From positions 1-58,518 of the forward strand of contig JABDAM010000006.1 of NCBI GenBank assembly GCA_013289145.1: DNA of 58,518 nucleotides. The letters are read 5' to 3'. The translations under genes were made by a program, and so were the position numbers. Below the pieces are notes generated by a model that was not told the DNA's origin, did not search any database, and saw only the letters and a program-made list of their open reading frames with translations. Origin of the DNA: Alphaproteobacteria bacterium (GTDB lineage: Bacteria > Pseudomonadota > Alphaproteobacteria > UBA11073). Shown in pieces: positions 8,722 to 16,381 of the stretch (the first letter of the stretch is position 1; every line of letters begins with the position of its first letter).

Positions 8722-9444
8722 ATGATTTTCGCGCTTTTCATTATCTTTGTCTTCGCCGGGATTCTCAGCTTTGCGATGTTCGGTTCGCAGCCGAATGTCG
8801 CCACGCCGGCGGGACAGGTTTATGCCGCCAACATGACTGTTTTCCACCAGGCCGCGATGCTGCAATGGAGCGCGGATTTTACCGCCAATCCCGCCACTTC
8901 TTATACCAACTGCCTTCCCAACAGCACTTGTACCTATTTTATGAATCAACAAATTTATCCGGGCGCGCCCGCAGGGCAGCTTGCGGCTAATTGGCCGGAA
9001 TATAATTCCCTGGTCCCTGAAGGTTCGAGTTCAGGCTGGCAATCTTTTTTAGTCCGCAATATTGACGGCATCAGTTTGAACAACGGCTCGCGCGATTATA
9101 TCCTGACCATCTTTCGTGGCTTTGGCGCGGCCACCAGCACGACCACGACCGGTTCCGGCGCAGGCGGCATTTCTGCCGATAACGTTAGCTTGGGCCTGGC
9201 GAATACCGTGACGGAGCGATCGGGTTTGGGATTACTGAATTGCACCGGCGGAGCGGCCGGTTCGTGTCAATTTACGCGTTTCGCGGCGGACTCCACGGGC
9301 GCCGATAAACCGCTGCAATTCAATGTTGGCATTTTCATTGGCGCGGCTCCCAATTACGCTTTCAGCGCTGCTGACCTTGCCGCTAACAGCACCACCGGCC
9401 TGAACGGCAAAGTCGCGATGATGACCCAGGTTTCCGGGAATTAA
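8722..9444 (+). CDS. membrane-anchored Cys-containing hypothetical protein, possibly PilM-like pilus accessory protein
   Basis: 240 aa with an N-terminal TM helix and no G/FTLxE motif. The segment QVYAANMTVFHQAAMLQW loosely resembles the conserved N-terminal region of R64/PAPI-1 PilM as I recall it. Two Cys pairs. It lies 8 nt downstream of pilin 2. The PilM assignment is weak. Confidence 0.5.
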   Translation: MIFALFIIFVFAGILSFAMFGSQPNVATPAGQVYAANMTVFHQAAMLQWSADFTANPATSYTNCLPNSTCTYFMNQQIYPGAPAGQLAANWPEYNSLVPEGSSSGWQSFLVRNIDGISLNNGSRDYILTIFRGFGAATSTTTTGSGAGGISADNVSLGLANTVTERSGLGLLNCTGGAAGSCQFTRFAADSTGADKPLQFNVGIFIGAAPNYAFSAADLAANSTTGLNGKVAMMTQVSGN

Positions 9445-9445
9445 A

Positions 9446-9721
9446 TTAGGCGCTTTTGATTTGTTTTTTCACGTCGCGCAGCGCGGCGGACAATTTGCTC
9501 GCGGGCGTCGCCAAAACATAAGCATCCAGACCGCCATTATGCTCGATCGTGCGCAGGCCATGCGTGGTCACGCGCAATTTCACCGCGCGTTTCAACTTTT
9601 CCGACCAAAGGCTGATGGGCTGCAAATTCACATCAAACCGGCGGTTGGTTTTGTTGTTCGCATGGCTGACATTATGGCCGGTCATAGGCTTTTTGCCGGT
9701 TACATCGCATTGGCGGGACAT
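9446..9721 (-). CDS. rpmB: 50S ribosomal protein L28
   Basis: 91 aa. [29 protein letters not shown] is the canonical L28 N-terminus. Confidence 0.95.
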   Translation of the reverse strand: MSRQCDVTGKKPMTGHNVSHANNKTNRRFDVNLQPISLWSEKLKRAVKLRVTTHGLRTIEHNGGLDAYVLATPASKLSAALRDVKKQIKSA

Positions 9722-9792
9722 GGGGACTTACTCCTGAATGGCTTTGAGGGGTGGTTTTGGCCTAATTATACCCCAAATGTCAAGGAAATTTT

Positions 9793-9859
9793 GAGGAATT
9801 AGGCGTTTAGGAACCCTGCCTTCCTAATTCCTATAACTCCTGAAATCCTAGTTCCTAAA
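9793..9859. repeat. Rep-A TAGGA-type palindromic intergenic element, copy A
   Basis: GAGGAATTAGGCGTTTAGGAACC ... TTCCTAATTCCT ... ATCCTAGTTCCTAAATC. The arms are complementary and share motifs with copies at 25708, 28618, 35574 and 39036. Confidence 0.7.
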
Positions 9860-10978
9860 TCATGCCGCCCAGGCGCTGGTTTCCAGGTCGCTGAGTTTAT
9901 CCAGCAGGTAATCCACGTCGTCCCGGCTCATGCCGCGCGGGTCGGTGAGGATGCGCTCCACCAGGCGTTTGCGGTAGCGGTTAACGTCGTCCGGACCGCC
10001 GTCGAAATTGGTTTCATGCGCGATTTCCAGGGCGTGCCGGATCGCGGGCATAAAATTATTGCCCAGACTGGTGCGTTCATAAATCGCCTTTAATCCCGCG
10101 TCGCCCTGGTCGTGAATTAAAATCCGAGCGTTTTTCATCGGCACTTTTGCCGCCACGGCGAGGCAGGCTTCGAAAAATCCGATATCGCCCAGACACAAAG
10201 CGCGCAGCACCAGTGACGGCGTCAAGCGCCCGCTTTGCGACAATTGCCGCGCGACCTCTTCCAGTTCCGCATCACTGCGCCCGCGCCCCAGCATGCGCAG
10301 CGTCGCGCGTTCACGTCCTTGTTGCACGACTTCATCCATGTGCGGCTGATAATCAGGCCGCGATTTAATCTGCGCCGCCAATTCTGCCGTCGCGGCGGAA
10401 ACCAGATATTCCAAAATCCGCGCGGGCACGGCGGGACGCACGGCCAGGCGGCTGGCGATCATGCCCGATGCCGGAAAGCGTTCCAGCATATAAGCCATAT
10501 TATGTTCCGCGATATCCGCGCCCGGATTTCCGGCCAGAGTCGCCACGACTTCTTCATCGCCATGTTCGATCAGACAATTGACGAGGCGTTCGGAAACCTG
10601 TGGGCGCTGTGCGATCGCGCTTTGCCGCGCGCGGCCGGAACGGCGCACCATTTCAATCAAAAAACTGTCCGACAGCATCGGCGAGGATTGTAAAACCGGC
10701 AAAGCCAGACTTTCCACATCCGTCGCCAAACGCTCCGCCACATCGCGCGGCAAATGGCTGGAAGATTTCATCGTCTCAACCACCGCGCGGCGCACGGCGA
10801 CGGCGGCATCTTTGGCCAAGGCGCGGATGATTTCCTCGGCGAGGTGATATTCTTCCGCGCTTAGATTCTCACTATCCAAATTCACGGCGACTTTAACGGC
10901 CGTATCGGCGCGCGATGTTTCCGACGGATCGGTCAAAAGCCGCGCGACATCCGCCGCGGTGAGGGCGAAATTGGACAT
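9860..10978 (-). CDS. DUF2336 domain-containing protein
   Basis: 372-aa helical-repeat protein. The overall pattern matches the alphaproteobacterial DUF2336 family as I recall it. Confidence 0.6.
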   Translation of the reverse strand: MSNFALTAADVARLLTDPSETSRADTAVKVAVNLDSENLSAEEYHLAEEIIRALAKDAAVAVRRAVVETMKSSSHLPRDVAERLATDVESLALPVLQSSPMLSDSFLIEMVRRSGRARQSAIAQRPQVSERLVNCLIEHGDEEVVATLAGNPGADIAEHNMAYMLERFPASGMIASRLAVRPAVPARILEYLVSAATAELAAQIKSRPDYQPHMDEVVQQGRERATLRMLGRGRSDAELEEVARQLSQSGRLTPSLVLRALCLGDIGFFEACLAVAAKVPMKNARILIHDQGDAGLKAIYERTSLGNNFMPAIRHALEIAHETNFDGGPDDVNRYRKRLVERILTDPRGMSRDDVDYLLDKLSDLETSAWAA

Positions 10979-11078
10979 GCCCTCAGCTTAAGCGCTTCGC
11001 CTGGCTTGGCAAGAGATTTTGAGTGCAGCAGATTGTATGCGCATTGTATGCACAAGCGAAATCAGAAAGCGCGAAACT

Positions 11079-12233
11079 TCACGCCTGAAGGTTGATGCCT
11101 TCCGCCGGACGGATGGGTGTCTGGCGGGCAGGACGGGCCAATTCCTCCAGCACCACGACGGAGGCTTTGGCCGAAAGATCGCTTACTGTTTTTTCCACCA
11201 CCTGCAACAACCGTTCCGGATCCGCTTCGCGCCAGTTTTCCGGCAATTCAATCACGGCTTGGCCCGTTTCAAAGGACAGGGATTCCACCAGGGTTAAAAT
11301 CCGCTTTGTATTGCTTTTGACAACCTCCAAGGCTCCGCCAATCGTCTGGACCCGCCACAGAAAATTATACCTTTGCTCCAGCGTATCCTTATTTTCCTTG
11401 CGCTCTTTATTCTGGCGCCGGACTTCGCGCTCCGCCACCATCAGTTCCGCTTCTCTTGCAGGGTCGCACAAAATGGCATGGGTGCGATTCATGAGATCAA
11501 AATAGGGTTTGTATTTCCGCTCGTTCTGAAATGCGGGTGCTGTGCCATTCCAAATATACCACATTATCCGGCGGCATGCCGCTTTCAAGCCCGGCGGAAA
11601 GGGAAGCTCCGTTTTGTTTCCGGTACAGCCGAAACGGAATTTGTCCCTTGCATAGGCCTGATAAATAAGTTCTTCCAGTTTGCCCAATTCCCGGGGCTGC
11701 CCGCCAGCAAGTTTAAAGGCCGCAACTGTTCGAAAATCATCTCTCTGATAGCGTTCATGGTTTTGATTTTCACCATAGGCTGTATAGACTTCCAGATGCG
11801 TCTTTTCTCTTTCTTCTTGCAATTCCTCTTGGTAGCGTTCGCATTGCACACGCAGAGAACTCACCGCCTCCTCCGCGACATCCTCATACCGCTGCCAATG
11901 CTCCGCGATTTCATCCACCGTGACGGCAACGCGTGTTGCACTGAGCGGGCAATCCGTTTCAGCGACAGCGTAAAAACTGGCCGGCAAAAAAGAATCCGTT
12001 CTGATTTTCCGGCAGGTCAGACCGCCCGCCATAACCGTTTCCGGATCAGGCGGGGTCGGCGAACCGCCTTTGCCGCCGCTATTGCGGCCGCCTCTCACAA
12101 TAACCGGCGGCAATCCAGGGTAACGCACAACATAAAGATGGACGCTATCCGTTCCCGGGAAATGTTCAGATTTTCCAATCTTAAAAGCGTCCGTGCCAAA
12201 TTCCATTATCTTTATCCCTAAACTTAGCGTCAT
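11079..12233 (-). CDS. hypothetical protein (large orphan)
   Basis: 384-aa ORF with protein-like composition and a charged coiled-coil centre. The 282-aa ORF on the opposite strand looks like antisense noise. The start is uncertain (alternative MEFGTDAF at 12206). Confidence 0.55.
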   Translation of the reverse strand: MTLSLGIKIMEFGTDAFKIGKSEHFPGTDSVHLYVVRYPGLPPVIVRGGRNSGGKGGSPTPPDPETVMAGGLTCRKIRTDSFLPASFYAVAETDCPLSATRVAVTVDEIAEHWQRYEDVAEEAVSSLRVQCERYQEELQEEREKTHLEVYTAYGENQNHERYQRDDFRTVAAFKLAGGQPRELGKLEELIYQAYARDKFRFGCTGNKTELPFPPGLKAACRRIMWYIWNGTAPAFQNERKYKPYFDLMNRTHAILCDPAREAELMVAEREVRRQNKERKENKDTLEQRYNFLWRVQTIGGALEVVKSNTKRILTLVESLSFETGQAVIELPENWREADPERLLQVVEKTVSDLSAKASVVVLEELARPARQTPIRPAEGINLQA

Positions 12234-12309
12234 CCTGCCACCGCCAAATCTTGCAAGTCAATAAATTTCTGGTGTAGGGTAGGGCGCACATAAACTGGAA
12301 AGCAAGCCC

Positions 12310-13422
12310 ATGCACATCGGCGTCCCCAAGGAAATCAAAAACCACGAATACCGCGCGGGCCTGACGGCCAGCAGCGTGAAAGAGCTGACCTCGCGCGGCC
12401 ATAACGTGACGGTTGAAACCAGCCTCGGCGTAGGCGTCGGCATTTCCGACGATGAATACGTCAGCGCGGGCGCGAAGGTCGCGGCGAGCGCGAAAGACAT
12501 CTTCGCCAGCGCCGATATGATTATCAAGGTCAAAGAGCCCCAGCCGCAGGAATGCGCGATGCTGCGGCCCAAACAAATTCTGTTTACATTTTTACATCTC
12601 GCGCCCGATCCGGAACAAACGGATGCACTGTTAAAATCCGGCTGCTCCGCGATCGCTTATGAAACCGTGCAAACGGCGGACGGCCGATTGCCGCTGCTCA
12701 CGCCCATGTCCGAGGTCGCGGGGCGTTTGTCTATCCAAGTCGGCGCGCATTATCTGGAGCGCGAACACGGCGGACGCGGTATTTTACTGGGCGGCGTGCC
12801 GGGCGTGGCGCCCGCGGATATTTTGGTTATCGGCGCGGGCGTGTCGGGCAGCAACGCCATGCACATGGCCGTCGGCATGGGCGCGCGTGTTTCCGTTTTG
12901 GATAAAAACCTGAACCGCCTGCGCGAGATTGACCAGATTTACCAAGGCCGTGTGGAAACGTTATACGCCAACGCAGGCACGCTGGAATATAAACTGAGTT
13001 ACGCGGACCTCGTCATCGGCGCGGTCCTCGTGCCCGGCGCGGCCGCGCCGAAACTGGTGACACGCAAACAATTGGGCTTGATGAAGCAAGGCAGCGTAAT
13101 GGTCGATATCGCCATCGACCAGGGCGGTTGTTTTGAAACGTCAAAACCCACCACGCACGACAATCCGGTTTATACGGTCGACGGCATTGTGCATTACTGC
13201 GTCACCAACATGCCCGGCGCCGTGCCGCGCACGAGCAGTTTCGCGCTGAATAACGTCACGCTGCCTTATGCAGTCGCGCTTGCCGATCATGGTTTGGATG
13301 CCTTGAAAAAAGATCCCGCCCTGGCCGCGGGATTAAACGTGCACGCAGGCAAACTCACCAACGCCGCCGTCGCCGAAGCGCAGGATAAAAAATACATTGA
13401 GCCCTTAAAGGCGATGACGTGA
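12310..13422 (+). CDS. ald: alanine dehydrogenase
   Basis: 370 aa. MHIGVPKEIKNHEYRAGLT, the Rossmann motif VIGAGVSGSNA and AVLVPGAAAPKLVT. Confidence 0.92.
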   Translation: MHIGVPKEIKNHEYRAGLTASSVKELTSRGHNVTVETSLGVGVGISDDEYVSAGAKVAASAKDIFASADMIIKVKEPQPQECAMLRPKQILFTFLHLAPDPEQTDALLKSGCSAIAYETVQTADGRLPLLTPMSEVAGRLSIQVGAHYLEREHGGRGILLGGVPGVAPADILVIGAGVSGSNAMHMAVGMGARVSVLDKNLNRLREIDQIYQGRVETLYANAGTLEYKLSYADLVIGAVLVPGAAAPKLVTRKQLGLMKQGSVMVDIAIDQGGCFETSKPTTHDNPVYTVDGIVHYCVTNMPGAVPRTSSFALNNVTLPYAVALADHGLDALKKDPALAAGLNVHAGKLTNAAVAEAQDKKYIEPLKAMT

Positions 13423-13982
13423 AAAAAACATTAGTTTTTTTTCTGCTCACGCTGCTTTCCGCCTGCGGTTTCCACCCCATGTACGGCAATCAGGGCGCAA
13501 CGAAAAATAATACGGCGGCGCTCTCGAACATTCATGTGAATTTCATCCATGATGAATTGGGCCAAGCCTTGCGCAACGCCGTGCTGGACCGGATGCCGGT
13601 GCCCGTCGCCGAGCCGCGCTATCAATTGAATGTTTCGATGACGGAGGCGCAGATCGGCATTGCCCTCACTTCTAACAATACCGTAACGCGGCAGCAGTTG
13701 CGCGATACGCTGCATGCCGAACTGATCGACACACGCACGCAGGCGATGGTGTGGAAACAGGATTTGTTTGCCACGTCAGGCTATAACATTCTGAATTCGC
13801 AATTCTCGACTTTGACCGGACAGCAAGACGCCGAAGAGCGCAACGTCAATGATCTGGCCGAACGCCTGGTCGGTATGCTGGGCGGCTTTTTCGACCGCCC
13901 GGCGGAAGACCAAAAACTCCGTCCGCCGCCACCGCCCGTGCCAGCGGATTCGTCGATCTATTCGCATGTGTTTGGTAAATGA
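13419..13982 (+). CDS. lptE: LPS-assembly lipoprotein LptE
   Basis: 187 aa. Lipobox LLSACGFHPMY, LptE-like fold pattern and the conserved position upstream of holA. Confidence 0.7.
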   Translation: MKKTLVFFLLTLLSACGFHPMYGNQGATKNNTAALSNIHVNFIHDELGQALRNAVLDRMPVPVAEPRYQLNVSMTEAQIGIALTSNNTVTRQQLRDTLHAELIDTRTQAMVWKQDLFATSGYNILNSQFSTLTGQQDAEERNVNDLAERLVGMLGGFFDRPAEDQKLRPPPPPVPADSSIYSHVFGK

Positions 13983-15013
13983 AACTCCAAACCCGCGAGA
14001 TTGATAAATTCCTGGCCGCGCCGCCGCCGGTCTGCCGCGTTTTTGTGTTTTACGGCCCTGATGGCGGCCTGGTGACGGCGCGCGGGCGCGCGATGGCGCA
14101 AAAGTTCGCGCCGGATTTGAATGATCCTTTTGCCGTGACGCTGCTCGACGGCGATGATCTCGCCAAGAATCCGTCGCGCCTGATCGCCGAAGCGCAGATG
14201 CTCGCACCCAGTTATTTAGGGGGTGGTGGGCAGCGCCTGATCTGGCTGCGCGAGGCGGATGAAAAAAACGCGGGCAAGGCGGTGGAAAATCTGCTCCTTG
14301 CCGAAAACATTCCCGCCATCGTCGTGATCGAAGCGGGTGAGCTATCGCCCAAAAGCACCCTGCGCAAGTTGTCTGAAGCCGCCGCGAACGCCGCCGCCAT
14401 TCCTTGTTACGTCGAAGACCCGGCGCAGGTCGCCGGCTATGTCACGCGTGAACTCGCCGCCGCTGGATGGAAACTGTCGCGCGACGCCGCAACCTGGTTC
14501 GGGCAAAACCTGGGCGGCGACCGCGGCTTGGTGCAACAGGAACTGGAAAAACTGATCACCTATTTGGGCGCGCCCAATCCCGCGCAAAACAGTGTGGATA
14601 TCGACAAGCTGAAAAACATCGCGGCGGGCGGCGCGGTGCTGGAGGAAGATGAATTCATTGACGCCGTCGGCACGCCCGCCGCCGTTCCCATGGTGCAAAA
14701 ACTGATGGCCGAAGGGCAGGCGGCGCCGAACATCATCCGCACCCTGGGCCGCCATGTCTCCCGCCTTTACGCCACGCAGCTGAAAATCGCGGGCGGCGAG
14801 GATATGAAAAACGCGATGGACGCGCTGCAACCCAAACTGTTTTTCAAACGCGAGAACGCCTTCCGCGCGCAATTGAATAAATTTTCCCTGCGTTATCTCT
14901 CGCGCCTGCGCGGCGAATTGTGGCGCCTGGAGCAGCAGTGCAAACAAACCGGATCGCCGGATGAATTGCTGGTCTCGCAGCTCGTGCTGCTCCTCGGCGC
15001 GCGCGCCGCATAA
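13979..15013 (+). CDS. holA: DNA polymerase III subunit delta
   Basis: 344 aa. It starts overlapping the lptE stop (the lptE-holA arrangement is widely conserved), and the N-terminal VFVFYGPDGGLV pattern fits. Confidence 0.8.
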   Translation: MKLQTREIDKFLAAPPPVCRVFVFYGPDGGLVTARGRAMAQKFAPDLNDPFAVTLLDGDDLAKNPSRLIAEAQMLAPSYLGGGGQRLIWLREADEKNAGKAVENLLLAENIPAIVVIEAGELSPKSTLRKLSEAAANAAAIPCYVEDPAQVAGYVTRELAAAGWKLSRDAATWFGQNLGGDRGLVQQELEKLITYLGAPNPAQNSVDIDKLKNIAAGGAVLEEDEFIDAVGTPAAVPMVQKLMAEGQAAPNIIRTLGRHVSRLYATQLKIAGGEDMKNAMDALQPKLFFKRENAFRAQLNKFSLRYLSRLRGELWRLEQQCKQTGSPDELLVSQLVLLLGARAA

Positions 15014-15078
15014 ATATAATAGGCGTGACAAGGCCGCCGCTTTCGCGTTAAAATAACGGTTCAAATCAAGGGTCGTTA

Positions 15079-15717
15079 ATGCGCGCTATTTTTTCGTCCT
15101 GCCCCCATAATGCCCGGGGTTTCACACTGGTTGAAGTGGTGGTTGTTCTGTCCATCGTCGGGATCATCATCGGCGGCGTTTGGCTTTATGCCGCCCAGGC
15201 GAATAATGAAGTAAAACAACAAAAACTAACCTCCTTTGTTGTGCAAACCCTCAGTCAGGCGCACCAGTTCTTCAGCAATAATTCCATGCCCGGCACGAGT
15301 GGCGACATCACGGACAACGCCATCATCGCCAATATTTTTCCATCCGAGGTATTGGTGGCAAACGGCGGCGCGACAGCGTCCGGCTATAACGCCCAAGACC
15401 CTTATTTGCTGAACGGAGCGCCCGCGAATTTCACGCTCACTTACACCGTTAGTGCTGGGGGCGGCAGCGGCTCGTCCGCCGGGACGACGGGCATTAACCT
15501 TTTTGTTCCCGCTATTCCCAACGACGCTTGCGTTCATTTGCTTTCCTATCTGGCGAGCAATCCCAGCGTTATCCAGCAATTGGGATTGGTCAGCTATAAT
15601 TCTTCCGCCTCCAGCGGCGGCAATTCCTTTTCAAGCAACGCAAACGTGGCGGCATTCTCCACGTTTTGCGGCCAGCGCGGCGCCAATATGGGCCTTTATC
15701 TCTCCGCCATCATGTAA
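15079..15717 (+). CDS. prepilin-type N-terminal cleavage/methylation domain protein (type IVb-like pilin, paralog 3)
   Basis: MRAIFSSCPHNARG|FTLVEVVVVLSIVGIIIGGVW. Cys pair NDACVHLL ... STFCGQ. Confidence 0.75.
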   Translation: MRAIFSSCPHNARGFTLVEVVVVLSIVGIIIGGVWLYAAQANNEVKQQKLTSFVVQTLSQAHQFFSNNSMPGTSGDITDNAIIANIFPSEVLVANGGATASGYNAQDPYLLNGAPANFTLTYTVSAGGGSGSSAGTTGINLFVPAIPNDACVHLLSYLASNPSVIQQLGLVSYNSSASSGGNSFSSNANVAAFSTFCGQRGANMGLYLSAIM

Positions 15718-15718
15718 A

Positions 15719-16312
15719 ATGCCGAAACGGTTTTCTTCTCCTCTCGCGCGGCAACAAGGCTTCACCTTGATTGAATTGGCGATTGTCCTCAGCATCGTCG
15801 GTGTGATTATCGGCGGCACCTGGTATTACGCGGCGCAAACTTTGAACGATATCAAAAAAAATAAGATTATCGATCAAACCCTGCAAATCATTCAAAACAC
15901 CAAACGCACTTTTGCAAATGTGAATACCGCGCCTGTCAGTTCGACCGCAACCAATCTTACTGCATCCGCCATCACCGCCGGAATTTTTCCAAGCGATATG
16001 ATCGTCAACACAACCCAAGCTGCCGATCCCTATGGCCAGCCCGTGGTTCTGAGCACCTCCAGCGCCCAGATTTCCAGTTTTCATTTGCAATACAATGTTC
16101 GAACCGACGTATGTATCGCGCTCTTAACTAAATTGATTGCCAATACCACCACGCGGAACCGTTATGGCATTATCGGATATAACGCCAATGGCACTTTTAC
16201 GCCCGTTAGTTACAACTCCGTCGTTCCCATCTCAACACTGGCGAGTTCTTGCAGCAGCGCGAATGGCAGCAACACCCTGGTCACAACCGCGGTTGATTTC
16301 AGCTATAAATAA
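15719..16312 (+). CDS. prepilin-type N-terminal cleavage/methylation domain protein (type IVb-like pilin, paralog 4)
   Basis: I use the internal ATG at 15719 (MPKRFSSPLARQQG|FTLIELAIVLSIVGVIIGGTW). Cys pair TDVCIALL ... ASSCSS. The longer track ORF from 15452 overlaps paralog 3. Confidence 0.75.
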   Translation: MPKRFSSPLARQQGFTLIELAIVLSIVGVIIGGTWYYAAQTLNDIKKNKIIDQTLQIIQNTKRTFANVNTAPVSSTATNLTASAITAGIFPSDMIVNTTQAADPYGQPVVLSTSSAQISSFHLQYNVRTDVCIALLTKLIANTTTRNRYGIIGYNANGTFTPVSYNSVVPISTLASSCSSANGSNTLVTTAVDFSYK

Positions 16313-16381
16313 ATGCGGTTAACTTTTTTGAATTTTCTGAAATCCTTGCTTTTTATACCCTGAAAGCGTTACCCTGCGCGC

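Noticed and set aside
11373-12221. 282-aa plus-strand ORF opposite the 384-aa orphan
   Set aside because: Its Cys/Arg/Phe-rich composition is typical of an antisense frame. The minus-strand frame looks like a real protein.
15452-15718. N-terminal extension of pilin paralog 4. The same issue affects other track ORFs: 6492 (PPIase), 22301 (HExxH protein), 26192 (H1-like), 54093 (kdsD) and 44575 (gyrB)
   Set aside because: The extensions overlap upstream genes or run through intergenic hairpin repeats. The internal starts give canonical N-termini (signal peptides, class III leader, conserved family starts).
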